Under the pieces are notes generated by a model that was not told the DNA's origin, made no database searches, and saw only the letters and a program-made list of their open reading frames with translations. Positions 35,328 to 43,811 of a stretch of 64,000 nt of DNA are shown piece by piece. A program made the translations under genes and the position numbers. The stretch spans positions 20,439 to 84,438 of the forward strand of contig CAKSCV010000009.1 of assembly GCA_934444645.1 (NCBI GenBank). The letters run 5' to 3'. This DNA is from an uncultured Eubacteriales bacterium (GTDB taxonomy: Bacteria > Bacillota > Clostridia > Oscillospirales > CAG-382). Numbering within the stretch: the first letter of the stretch is position 1; every line of letters begins with the position of its first letter.

Positions 35328-36215
35328 ATGCAAGAGTTTCGGACAATTCAGATCGACTGTTTACGCTATCTCGGCAGCTATTCCATGGGACACGCCGGGC
35401 AGGGCTGTGTGGATGATAAAACGAAGTTTCTTCCGCGGCATTTTCACGGAAATCAGTATGAGCTTACCTGTATTCTCGACGGCGAGGGTGTTTCCTATTG
35501 CAATGACATACCGCACGAGGTTCATGCGGGCGACGTTTTTGTGTCATTTCCGTATGAATACCATCGGTTGGAGGTCAAGCCGGGAACGGTGCTGTACCAG
35601 CGGTTTGTCACGTTTTCGGTCAATGCGGGAAACTATTTCGAGCGGCTCAACCATTTGTGGCTTGACAACATCGCGCCGGACAAGCGAACCTTTCGCGATG
35701 CGTCTGTGCCGCTGCTCATCGAAGAAATCGCCGGGGAATTGCAGACAGACGATTTATATGCCGCCGAAGTGTTGGAAAATTTGTTGGAAGCCGTGATTTT
35801 GCGTATGCTCCGCGGCATGGCGGACAAAAAACCGCAGAGCCTTTCCGCCAATCCCACCGCTCAAGACCTGTGCCGCCATGTGCAGCATTATATCAATACG
35901 CATTTGTTTACGCTCCACAGTCTGACGGAGGTTGCCGAAGCCGTAAGCTACAATTACAGCTATCTCTCGGCTTGCTTTAAGAAAACCACCGGACAAACCA
36001 TCACCGCCTATTATACAAAAAAACGTTTGGAGGCGGCCAAAGCTCTGATATACGAGCAACAGCTGTCACTTACGGAAATCGCCCGCACACTCGGGTATTC
36101 CGGCATCTATTCGTTCAGCAAAGCGTTTCGCGATTTTTACGGCATTTCGCCGAGCGATTACCGTGACCGGAAATTGCGCGAAAAAGAACGTCTTTATACA
36201 CTTGACCGGTCATAA
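35328..36215 (+). CDS. AraC-family transcriptional regulator
   Basis: The N-terminus is cupin-like and the C-terminus has an AraC double HTH (HSLTEVAEAVSYNYSYLSACFKKTTGQTITAYYTKKRL...LGYSGIYSFSKAFRDFYGISPSDY). The start is ATG 35328, with an alternative GTG at 35319. Confidence 0.8.
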   Translation: MQEFRTIQIDCLRYLGSYSMGHAGQGCVDDKTKFLPRHFHGNQYELTCILDGEGVSYCNDIPHEVHAGDVFVSFPYEYHRLEVKPGTVLYQRFVTFSVNAGNYFERLNHLWLDNIAPDKRTFRDASVPLLIEEIAGELQTDDLYAAEVLENLLEAVILRMLRGMADKKPQSLSANPTAQDLCRHVQHYINTHLFTLHSLTEVAEAVSYNYSYLSACFKKTTGQTITAYYTKKRLEAAKALIYEQQLSLTEIARTLGYSGIYSFSKAFRDFYGISPSDYRDRKLREKERLYTLDRS

Positions 36216-36257
36216 CGCCCGATATTTGTGTAATTCAACTGCGTTGCCGCCGAAAAC

Positions 36258-36286
36258 TTGACTTTTACGTCCGGGTTTGTTATACT
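36258..36286 (+). promoter_or_regulatory. sigma-A-type promoter of uxaC, followed by a palindrome
   Basis: TTGACT (36258-36263), 17 nt, then TATACT (36281-36286). The palindrome CAGATAATATCTG at about 36291-36303 lies just downstream and could be an operator. Confidence 0.5.
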
Positions 36287-36333
36287 ATCCGCAGATAATA
36301 TCTGTATCTTACCGCGCAGAAAGGAAGTTTGTC

Positions 36334-37743
36334 ATGAAAGAATTTATGGGAAAAGATTTTTTGCTTTCCACTCCGACCGCTGTAAAACTATTTGAAGACT
36401 ACGCCGAAAAAACGCCGATTGTGGACTATCACTGCCATTTGAGTCCAGAAGAAATTGCAGCCAACAAGCAGTTCAAGAACATCACCGAAGCCTGGCTCTA
36501 CGGCGACCACTACAAATGGCGCGCCATTCGCGCCTGCGGTTTTGAAGAAAGCCTTGTGACGGGCGGCGCGTCGGATTACGACCGCTTCAAAGCCTGGGCA
36601 AAGACCATGCCGAACCTCATCGGCAATCCGCTTTACCATTGGACGCATTTGGAGCTTGCACGTTATTTCGATATCCATGAGCCGTTAAACGAAGCGACCT
36701 GCGATACGATTTGGGAAAAATGCAATGCTATGCTCACGTCCGGCAAAATGGGCGCACGCGACCTCATCAAGGCAAGCGGCGTCAAGGTCATCTGCACCAC
36801 CGACGACCCGGCTGATTCGCTGGAGTTTCACCGCGCCATCGCCGACGACAAGAGCTTTGAGACGCGCGTGCTGCCGGCGTTCCGTCCCGATAAGGCGGTC
36901 AACATCGAGAAGCCCGGCTTTCAGGAATACATTGCCGAAAAGCTCGCACCGGCCTACGGCAAGGAAATCGCCGATATCGATACACTGCTTGACGCCATGA
37001 CCGCGCGCCTTGACCATTTTGAAGCGCATGGCTGCAAGACCAGCGATCACGGCATGGACTATGTGCCGTTTGCACCCTGCACCGCCAAAGAAGCCGACCT
37101 CATCTTCAAGAAAGCCCTTGCCGGGCAGACGCTCACGGTCGAAGATGCCGATAAGTATAAGACCTTCCTTCTGTCCTTCTTTGCCGGCGAATTTACCAAG
37201 AGAAACTGGGTCATGCAGATCCACTTCGGCGTTATCCGCAACCAAAGTGCCAAGAATTTTGCAAAACTCGGTCCGGATACCGGCTTTGATACCATTGCCG
37301 GCTATGACTGCGTCCGTAACGCACTCAAGCTGCTTGACAGCTTCGAAACGGCTGATCACCTGCCCAAGATGATCTTCTATTCGTTAAATCCCAACGACAA
37401 TGCCGCCATCGACGCCATGTGCGGCTGCTTCCAAGGCAACGGTAAGGGCATCAAGAGCCGCATTCAGCACGGCTCGGCATGGTGGTTCAACGACCACCTC
37501 GACGGTATGCGCGACCAGCTCCGCTCGTTTGCCGCCACCGGCGTGCTTGCCAACTTTGTCGGTATGCTCACCGATTCCCGTTCGTTCTTGTCCTATACGC
37601 GCCATGAGTATTTCCGCCGCATTCTCTGCGATTATCTCGGCGGCCTTATCGAGCGCGGCGAATATCCGAACGATATCGAAGCGGTCGGCAAGATGGTGTA
37701 CGACATCAGCTATCAGAACGCTTACGATTTCTTTGGGTTTTAA
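36334..37743 (+). CDS. uxaC: Glucuronate isomerase
   Basis: The UxaC signature is present (DYHCHLSPEEIA, WLYGDHYKWRAIR, NPLYHWTHLEL, MLTDSRSFLSYTRHEYFRR). The start was trimmed to ATG 36334 behind GAAAGGAAG. Confidence 0.92.
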   Translation: MKEFMGKDFLLSTPTAVKLFEDYAEKTPIVDYHCHLSPEEIAANKQFKNITEAWLYGDHYKWRAIRACGFEESLVTGGASDYDRFKAWAKTMPNLIGNPLYHWTHLELARYFDIHEPLNEATCDTIWEKCNAMLTSGKMGARDLIKASGVKVICTTDDPADSLEFHRAIADDKSFETRVLPAFRPDKAVNIEKPGFQEYIAEKLAPAYGKEIADIDTLLDAMTARLDHFEAHGCKTSDHGMDYVPFAPCTAKEADLIFKKALAGQTLTVEDADKYKTFLLSFFAGEFTKRNWVMQIHFGVIRNQSAKNFAKLGPDTGFDTIAGYDCVRNALKLLDSFETADHLPKMIFYSLNPNDNAAIDAMCGCFQGNGKGIKSRIQHGSAWWFNDHLDGMRDQLRSFAATGVLANFVGMLTDSRSFLSYTRHEYFRRILCDYLGGLIERGEYPNDIEAVGKMVYDISYQNAYDFFGF

Positions 37744-37763
37744 TTTCGAAAACAGAATATAAG

Positions 37764-37803
37764 AACGCGCTGTCCGAAATCGGTTTCCGGACAGCGCGTT
37801 TTT
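37764..37803. terminator. Bidirectional terminator between uxaC and the GRE operon
   Basis: AACGCGCTGTCCG / CGGACAGCGCGTT forms a stem of about 13 bp with an inner GAAA/TTTC stem. TTTT follows. Confidence 0.7.
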
Positions 37804-37804
37804 C

Positions 37805-38614
37805 TTATTTGCTTTGAAGAATTCTGTTCAGTTCGTCGAGCTTTTCTTTGGACGGAACAGCAAAGGACGTCATTTTTCTCTCAAGCGCCGTATATTTGTG
37901 TTCACCCATTTTGTGATAGGGCAAAAGCTCGGTTTTTATCGGCTTGAAAGCGTCAAGAAACGCCTTGACGGCTTTCATGTCTTCTGCCGAATCGTTGACG
38001 TTCGGAATGATTGGAATTCGTATCCAAACGTTTGCCTTAACCTCTAAGAGCTTTCGCAGGTTACTTAAAATCGGTTTGTTGGAAACGCCGACAAATTCTT
38101 TGTGTACGTCATCATTCAACGTTTTTATATCATACAGAAATAAGTCGGTATAAGGAAGCACCCTCTCAAAATTCTCCCATGGAACGAATCCTGCCGTATC
38201 GATGGCGGTATGGATGTGCTCTTGCTTGCACTTTTGTAAGATCTCGCACAGGAAATCGGTTTGCAGCATGCATTCGCCGCCTGAAAAGGTTACACCGCCG
38301 CCGGAGGTTTCGTAAAACGGTCTGTCTTTCTGTATCGTATCAAAAACCTCTTCGACCGTATATTCCTTTCCGCAGATCTGCTTTGCGTCATGAAAACAGA
38401 CAAATTCGGTATTCTTTTCGGTGATGCCTTTGCATCGGCCGCAGCCGGTGCATTTGTCCTTGTAGAATAATATTTGCGGCTTTGGTGATTGACTTTCGGG
38501 ATTGTGGCACCACTTGCATTTCAGATTACAACCCTTGAAAAAAACAGTGGTTCGTATGCCCGGACCATCGACAAACGAATTTCTTTGTATATCAAAAATA
38601 ACTGCTGTATTCAT
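37805..38614 (-). CDS. Glycyl-radical enzyme activating protein (radical SAM)
   Basis: The N-terminus reads VDGPGIRTTVFFKGCNLKCKWCHNPE, with CX3CX2C at 38507-38530. A single Cys-rich insert follows (CTGCGRC...C...C), then GGVTFSGGE. The start is ATG 38614, 8 nt after AGGTGG; an alternative GTG at 38626 abuts the GRE stop. Confidence 0.88.
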   Translation of the reverse strand: MNTAVIFDIQRNSFVDGPGIRTTVFFKGCNLKCKWCHNPESQSPKPQILFYKDKCTGCGRCKGITEKNTEFVCFHDAKQICGKEYTVEEVFDTIQKDRPFYETSGGGVTFSGGECMLQTDFLCEILQKCKQEHIHTAIDTAGFVPWENFERVLPYTDLFLYDIKTLNDDVHKEFVGVSNKPILSNLRKLLEVKANVWIRIPIIPNVNDSAEDMKAVKAFLDAFKPIKTELLPYHKMGEHKYTALERKMTSFAVPSKEKLDELNRILQSK

Positions 38615-38626
38615 CACGGCTGCCAC

Positions 38627-40750
38627 CTATTTTGTGTGCGTTGTTCTTTGTATGATCTCGTCCTGTAAGCCTTCGTTCAAAAACACGAAATAGTCGGAAA
38701 AGCCCGAAACCCGGACGCGCAGATTTTTGTATTTGTCCGGCGTTTTCTTCGCATTGACTAAGTCTTCTTTGGAAACATAGGTAAGCTGAAAATGTGTTCC
38801 ACCCATTTTGAAGTAGGTTTCAAACAGGTAAACAAGTTTTTCAAAGCTTTCATCATTTTTTACTAATTTCTCATCAAGCAGCACATTTGTAACGCTTGGT
38901 CCTGTCAAAATCGCATAAGGGTCGCATTTTGCAACAGAGGATAACAGAGCCGTAAGTCCGTTTCTGTCCTTGCCCTCCGATTGACCGATTCCGAAATTCA
39001 ACATATCGCCGTCAAAGCGCCCGTCGGGCGTCGCCTTGGTATGATCGCCGAAAAATTTGTGATGCTCGTTGTATCCGACAAGATTTCCGAAGACAAGCTT
39101 TTTGTGCAAATAGTTATCGCCGGTGTTCCACCTGTAAAGACTTTCAAAAAATCTGTGCGCCATATTGTTGGAAAGGTCGTCATCGTTGCCGAAAAACATG
39201 CCTTTTTTTAAGAGGTATTCCCGTAATTCGCCGTATCCGTTCCAGTTGTTCTGTAACGCTTCAATAAGCTGCTTCATGGTTACCCGTTTTTCATCGAAAA
39301 CCAACTGCTTTGTCACGGCAAGGGAATCGATGACGTTGGATATGCCGATAAGCAAGCCTACGGCGACATAGGTATCCGTGCCGCCTTGTGTAACGCTTTT
39401 GGCGTTTTGGATGCAGCCGTCAAGAAACATGTTGCTTACCAAATTGCAGTCGCGGCTGCGTATGGACTGCAAGCCTTTTCCGATTTCGTCGGCTTCGTGC
39501 AGATCCTTGTACAGTTCCTCTTGAAATACCGTGTAAAACTCATCGAAGCTTTGGACGTTCTGAATATCGCCGCTGCGGCTAAAAAACGTATTCTGCACAC
39601 AGCGCACAATATTCATCGGATCAAAGCCGAACACGATGCCGCCGGGAAGCGCGATCTCATTGCAGCCGATCATGGTATAGCTTACGGCTTTGCTGTATGG
39701 AAAACCGGTATATTCGGTCAAGCCCTTAATGCGCGGTTCGTCGTTTACAAAGGCAATGCGTTTGTTCGGATCGTTCCGCTCGCAGTTCATCATGTAACGA
39801 AGCACTTCGTGCGGCGTTTTGGCTGTCCAGCGCAGTGAGATCTGCGGAATCCATGTCGGCAGTTCCATAAGCGAATCAACAATCAGTTTTGATAGTTCGT
39901 TGAAGCCGTCCTCACCGTTTTCCAGATAGCCGCCGACGCAAAAGTGTGATTCGCCGCCGCGGTAAAAACGGTCGGAGGATTTGGGGATCCTTGCCTGCAG
40001 CATTAAAAACAGTTCCTGCAAATACGCAGACGCTTCTTCGTTGGTCAGAACGCCGCTTTCGATATCGGCTTTGTAAAAACGATATAAATACCGGTCAATT
40101 AACCCGATACTGTCCGGAATTAAGCCATAGCAGACGTATAAGGATAAAATAGCCTCATAAAAGCTTTTTGCAGGCTTTTCCGGAACATTTTTAAGGGAAC
40201 GGGATAATCTCTCCAAATTTTCTTTATACGTTGCATTGGATACGTTTTTTGAAAGAGCCAGCGCTTTTTCGGAGCATTTGTGAGCCCAGTCGATCACAGC
40301 GTCGCAAATATCCGTCTGGGTTTCCAGAAATTGAAGGGCTTTTTCGTCATCCTTATGATTTTCGATGGATTCTTGGATGATTTTCTTAATACCGACAATA
40401 CCGCTGTTAATGATTTTCCCGAAATCGCCTGCGGAATGCTGCCATTCAAACGTAAGTAAATTGTCAACCGGTTTGTTGTAGAAATTTTTGTCAGCGATTC
40501 CGAAATTGACGTGTCCTTTTCTGTTGAATATGTCTCCTTCCACACTGCCGTCGAAGGTCAATAACCCTGTAAAGGCGGATTCTTCAACAAGAAGCGGTTC
40601 CTGATTCCGGATATATTCGCAGACGCGTTTTGCGGACATTTTTACCGGCGATAAAAATAAGTCGCACCGGTCGTATTCCGTTTTGACCGGATAAACATAC
40701 ATTTGCCCGGCAACGGTTTTTTCGACTAACTTTTTGATTCTCTCATTCAT
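38627..40750 (-). CDS. Glycyl-radical enzyme, PFL2/dehydratase-like, unusually short (707 aa), unknown substrate
   Basis: The C-terminal glycyl motif is LRVRVSGFSDYF (Gly codon 38702-38704). An ATPDGR motif is present, and the Cys loop reads YTMIGCNEIALPGG (Cys codon 39662-39664). The N-terminus begins NERIKKL. The start is ATG 40750, 10 nt after GAGAGGAG; the track start at 40759 is a GTG 1 nt after that RBS. Confidence 0.88.
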   Translation of the reverse strand: MNERIKKLVEKTVAGQMYVYPVKTEYDRCDLFLSPVKMSAKRVCEYIRNQEPLLVEESAFTGLLTFDGSVEGDIFNRKGHVNFGIADKNFYNKPVDNLLTFEWQHSAGDFGKIINSGIVGIKKIIQESIENHKDDEKALQFLETQTDICDAVIDWAHKCSEKALALSKNVSNATYKENLERLSRSLKNVPEKPAKSFYEAILSLYVCYGLIPDSIGLIDRYLYRFYKADIESGVLTNEEASAYLQELFLMLQARIPKSSDRFYRGGESHFCVGGYLENGEDGFNELSKLIVDSLMELPTWIPQISLRWTAKTPHEVLRYMMNCERNDPNKRIAFVNDEPRIKGLTEYTGFPYSKAVSYTMIGCNEIALPGGIVFGFDPMNIVRCVQNTFFSRSGDIQNVQSFDEFYTVFQEELYKDLHEADEIGKGLQSIRSRDCNLVSNMFLDGCIQNAKSVTQGGTDTYVAVGLLIGISNVIDSLAVTKQLVFDEKRVTMKQLIEALQNNWNGYGELREYLLKKGMFFGNDDDLSNNMAHRFFESLYRWNTGDNYLHKKLVFGNLVGYNEHHKFFGDHTKATPDGRFDGDMLNFGIGQSEGKDRNGLTALLSSVAKCDPYAILTGPSVTNVLLDEKLVKNDESFEKLVYLFETYFKMGGTHFQLTYVSKEDLVNAKKTPDKYKNLRVRVSGFSDYFVFLNEGLQDEIIQRTTHTK

Positions 40751-40769
40751 TCTGCTCACACTCCTCTCA

Positions 40770-41501
40770 CTATCGGATGGAATAAGCGCCGTCTATAATC
40801 ACGGTTTCGCCGCAGATCATTCTTGCTTTTTCGTCCAAAAGATACATGGCAAGCGCGGCGACCTCATCGATCGAGGCAAACCGGCCGTAAGGGATCCGGT
40901 CATGCTTCATGGAATCGCCCTCGTGCCAGTTGTTCATTTCGGTCGCTACCGGTCCGGGCGCAATGCCGTTTATGGTGATCCCGTCCGAAGCAAACATTTT
41001 GCCCCAGCCGCGTGTCAGCCCTGTCGCCAGAATTTTGGAACCGCCGTATGCTCCGAAAACCGGTTCTTCGCCGGCAACCGACGTAATGTTCAGAATGTTG
41101 CCTTTTACGGCGTTTTTCAGCATATAGTTGACCGATGCCTGCATGGTGAAAAACACCGCGCTTGCGTTGACATCGATGACCTCCTGCCATTCCTTAGCCG
41201 TTGTCTGCAAAAGACTCCTTTTGTCCCATTCGCTCCGCCGGGCAAAAATGCCGGCATTGTTTATCACAATGTCAAGACCGCCGAGCTTTTCAGCTGCTTC
41301 GCGTATTTTTTCTTCGGCTTTATCGAATTCCGCCGCGTCCCAAACCATGGGGAACACGTTTTTGCCAAGCTCTGCTGCCGCACGTTCAAGTGTTTCTTTC
41401 TTTCTGCCGGTGATAACGACCGCATCGCCGTTTTGCACGAGCTTTTTGGCAATGGCATAGCCGATTCCGCGGCTTGCGCCGGTTACGAGCGCTTTTCTCA
41501 T
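40770..41501 (-). CDS. SDR-family oxidoreductase (FabG-like)
   Basis: Rossmann motif TGASRGIG, NNAG, and catalytic S...YGGSK are present. It is the first gene of the operon, 19 nt upstream of the GRE start, with RBS AAAGGAAAAGGTGG. Confidence 0.85.
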   Translation of the reverse strand: MRKALVTGASRGIGYAIAKKLVQNGDAVVITGRKKETLERAAAELGKNVFPMVWDAAEFDKAEEKIREAAEKLGGLDIVINNAGIFARRSEWDKRSLLQTTAKEWQEVIDVNASAVFFTMQASVNYMLKNAVKGNILNITSVAGEEPVFGAYGGSKILATGLTRGWGKMFASDGITINGIAPGPVATEMNNWHEGDSMKHDRIPYGRFASIDEVAALAMYLLDEKARMICGETVIIDGAYSIR

Positions 41502-41533
41502 ATTTATCCCACCTTTTCCTTTGATTTACTATG

Positions 41534-41561
41534 ATTATATAACGATTTCTGAAAAAGTAAA
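41534..41561 (-). promoter_or_regulatory. Candidate promoter of the SDR-GRE-activase operon
   Basis: On the minus strand TTTACT (41556-41561) is followed by 16 nt and TATAAT (41534-41539). The -35 is weak. Confidence 0.35.
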
Positions 41562-41602
41562 TGCTTGTAAAGGTTGAAATTTGTCTGAAACGGACATTTT
41601 CC

Positions 41603-41631
41603 TTGAAATTTTCAAATGTTTGTGCTATAAT
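41603..41631 (+). promoter_or_regulatory. sigma-A-type promoter of the divergent AraC gene
   Basis: TTGAAA (41603-41608), 17 nt, then an extended -10, TGcTATAAT (TATAAT = 41626-41631). The 9-mer TTGAAATTT occurs twice, at 41574 and 41603. Confidence 0.55.
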
Positions 41632-41668
41632 GCAAAAAAGCAAATGAAGAAGGATAGGTGTTCAAAGG

Positions 41669-42493
41669 ATGCAGAAAATAAACTATGATTTTCCGGATAT
41701 GCCGTATATTAACGACGCAAGGTTCTTTTGCGATACCCTGCCGAAAGATAAGCCGTATAGCGCGCTTGTACCACGAAATCACGAAAGTCTTGCATTTGTT
41801 ACAAACGGAACACTCGGCTATACAAAAAACGGAAAAACCGTTCCGGTCAAAGCAGGACAAATCGTCTATATCGCAAAAGGTTCACTTGACGAAAGCGGCG
41901 CGTATCACTGTGATGCGGTGTCCTATATGGCGGTCAATTTCAACTTCGAGAAAAATGCCGCCTCTTTGCGCAGCGCGTTTCCCTTCAAAACGGTCTGTGC
42001 CGATAAAAACACCTATCCGTACGAAAAGCTGTTTCAAAAAGCCGTGAATGAGTATAGTCTGAATCTGCCGGGAACTCGGATGATATGCAATGGGATCTTG
42101 TGCCAGATGATCGGTATGCTGTATAATGACCTTCGCTTTGACAACATCAATTACAAAATGGCAGGGAAAATTGAAACTGCACTTGATTATTTAAACCGGA
42201 ATTACAGCCGTCCGGATTTGAAGATCGGCGAGCTTGCGGAGATGACCGGTATCAGCGAAAAGCATTTCCGACGTTTGTTTTGGGACATATATCAAAAGAC
42301 GCCGCATGAATTTTTGCGGGATTTTCGCTTGGATAAGGCAGAGCTTCTGCTTTTGAACACGTCAAAACCGATTTCCGCCATCGCCCTTGGCTGCGGCTTT
42401 TCGGATATGTATTCCTTCAGCCACTGCTTTAAGCGGCATTTCGGCGTACCGCCGAAGGTATACCGGGAAAATCGGACGTATCCTTACGGATAA
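41669..42493 (+). CDS. AraC-family transcriptional regulator (divergent from the GRE operon)
   Basis: The C-terminus has a double HTH (LKIGELAEMTGISEKHFRRLFWDIYQKTPHEFLRDFRL...LGCGFSDMYSFSHCFKRHFGVPPKVY) and the N-terminus looks like a cupin. Confidence 0.8.
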   Translation: MQKINYDFPDMPYINDARFFCDTLPKDKPYSALVPRNHESLAFVTNGTLGYTKNGKTVPVKAGQIVYIAKGSLDESGAYHCDAVSYMAVNFNFEKNAASLRSAFPFKTVCADKNTYPYEKLFQKAVNEYSLNLPGTRMICNGILCQMIGMLYNDLRFDNINYKMAGKIETALDYLNRNYSRPDLKIGELAEMTGISEKHFRRLFWDIYQKTPHEFLRDFRLDKAELLLLNTSKPISAIALGCGFSDMYSFSHCFKRHFGVPPKVYRENRTYPYG

Positions 42494-42521
42494 CTGCATG
42501 TACATGGGTGTTGCGGAAAGC

Positions 42522-42562
42522 AAAAAAGCGGCTGCCCCGTATTTTGGGGAGCAGCCGCTTTT
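42522..42562. terminator. Bidirectional terminator (AraC / potD)
   Basis: GCGGCTGCCCC pairs with GGGGAGCAGCCGC (one bulge), flanked by an A6 run and a T4 run. Confidence 0.65.
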
Positions 42563-42577
42563 GGTTTGTGGTTCGTT

Positions 42578-43783
42578 TTAATAATCGATTTTCGAATTCT
42601 TTTTCTTTCTTGCCACATACAGAATGATGAAGATGATAAGGGCAAGAAGCAGAATGAGTGCCAACAGATACACCGGGCTGTCGAACATAGAGGTGCTGCG
42701 GATCTGAAGCCACAGATCCTCCATGTGGCTGTTGGCTTCGTCGCCAAGCATCACAAATGTTTCGGAATTCTCAAGAACCTCGTCGCTCGGCATGATCCGT
42801 TCGTCAACGCCCACAATTTCCATCGCCTCTGTCTGCGGCGTGAAGTACGAGATGAATTCGCAGTTGGCGACGGCGATATCGGTTTCGCAAAGGAAGTTGA
42901 TGAAGGCTTCGGCGGCATCCTTGTTGGTCGTGCCTTTGGGAATGCAGATCGAGTCGATAAACTGGTTGACGCCCTCTTTGGGATAGGAAAACGCAAGATC
43001 TTCGTTGCGTTCCATCATGGTAAGGCAGTCGCCGGCATAGTAGGGAGCGGCATAGGCGTTCTCGTTGGCCATTTTGTCAAATGTCTGATCCATGGCGTAC
43101 ATCTGATTGATGGCTTTCTGTGCTTTGAGCGCATCGGCAGCCTTGTCGATCTCTTCAAGATTTTCCGTGTTGAGGGAATAGCCGAGCTTTTTGAGTGCGA
43201 TACCGAAGGCGTCGCGGCTGTTGCCGAACATAAGGACCTTGCCCTTGAACTTTTCGTTCCACAGGATGTCCCAAGTGCTTGCTTCTTCGGCTGTCACGTG
43301 CTTTGTGTTGTACACAAGACCCACCATGCCCCAGGTGTAGGGGACGGTGTAGGCTCCTTCGGGATCAAAATCGGTATAGCGGTATTTGTCGTCGATGAGC
43401 GAGATGTTCGGGATCTTGTCAAAATCGAGCTTTTCCAAACGATCCTCGTCGATAAGACGGGCGATCATGTAGTCGGACGGGATGATGATGTCGTACTGTG
43501 AACCGCCGTGAACCACCTTGGCATACATATCCTCGTTGGTATCAAACAGCGTGTAGTTGACCTTGATGCCGGAAATTTCTTCAAATTCCTTGATGACATC
43601 AACGCTGTCGTCCGAACCGTCGGAGATGTATTCGCCCCAGTTGTAGACGTTTAAGGTGATTCCCTTGTCACGGAAGGCGGCATAGTAGGCTTCGTCCTCG
43701 ACGGAAACCTCGGCAAAGGCGGCAAAGCTGAAGGTCATAGCCGCCAAAAGGGCAAGCAAGACGGAAAATACGGTTTTTTTCAT
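42578..43783 (-). CDS. potD: Spermidine/putrescine ABC transporter substrate-binding protein with an extra C-terminal TM helix
   Basis: The core is PotD-like (LNVYNWGEYISDG, YDIIIPSDYMIARL). The N-terminal signal peptide has no lipobox Cys (AAFAEVS), and the C-terminus is hydrophobic. Confidence 0.85.
   Translation of the reverse strand: MKKTVFSVLLALLAAMTFSFAAFAEVSVEDEAYYAAFRDKGITLNVYNWGEYISDGSDDSVDVIKEFEEISGIKVNYTLFDTNEDMYAKVVHGGSQYDIIIPSDYMIARLIDEDRLEKLDFDKIPNISLIDDKYRYTDFDPEGAYTVPYTWGMVGLVYNTKHVTAEEASTWDILWNEKFKGKVLMFGNSRDAFGIALKKLGYSLNTENLEEIDKAADALKAQKAINQMYAMDQTFDKMANENAYAAPYYAGDCLTMMERNEDLAFSYPKEGVNQFIDSICIPKGTTNKDAAEAFINFLCETDIAVANCEFISYFTPQTEAMEIVGVDERIMPSDEVLENSETFVMLGDEANSHMEDLWLQIRSTSMFDSPVYLLALILLLALIIFIILYVARKKKNSKIDY
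42581..42679 (-). other. C-terminal transmembrane anchor of PotD
   Basis: The last 33 aa are SPVYLLALILLLALIIFIILYVARKKKNSKIDY, a hydrophobic helix of about 20 aa followed by a basic tail. Confidence 0.7.
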
Positions 43784-43811
43784 AGATTTATCTCCTTAAT
43801 ATGTGATAGGT

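Noticed and set aside
36685-37359. 224-aa ORF antisense to uxaC
   Set aside because: uxaC identity is unambiguous, and the antisense frame has no start signals.
40734-41534. 266-aa ORF antisense to the SDR gene
   Set aside because: It is the mirror ORF of a gene with clear Rossmann and YxxxK motifs. It starts inside the GRE start region and has no RBS.
42566-43501. 311-aa ORF antisense to potD (similar cases: 45405-46010 and 46059-46664 antisense to potA)
   Set aside because: These are shadow ORFs opposite strongly supported ABC-transporter genes.
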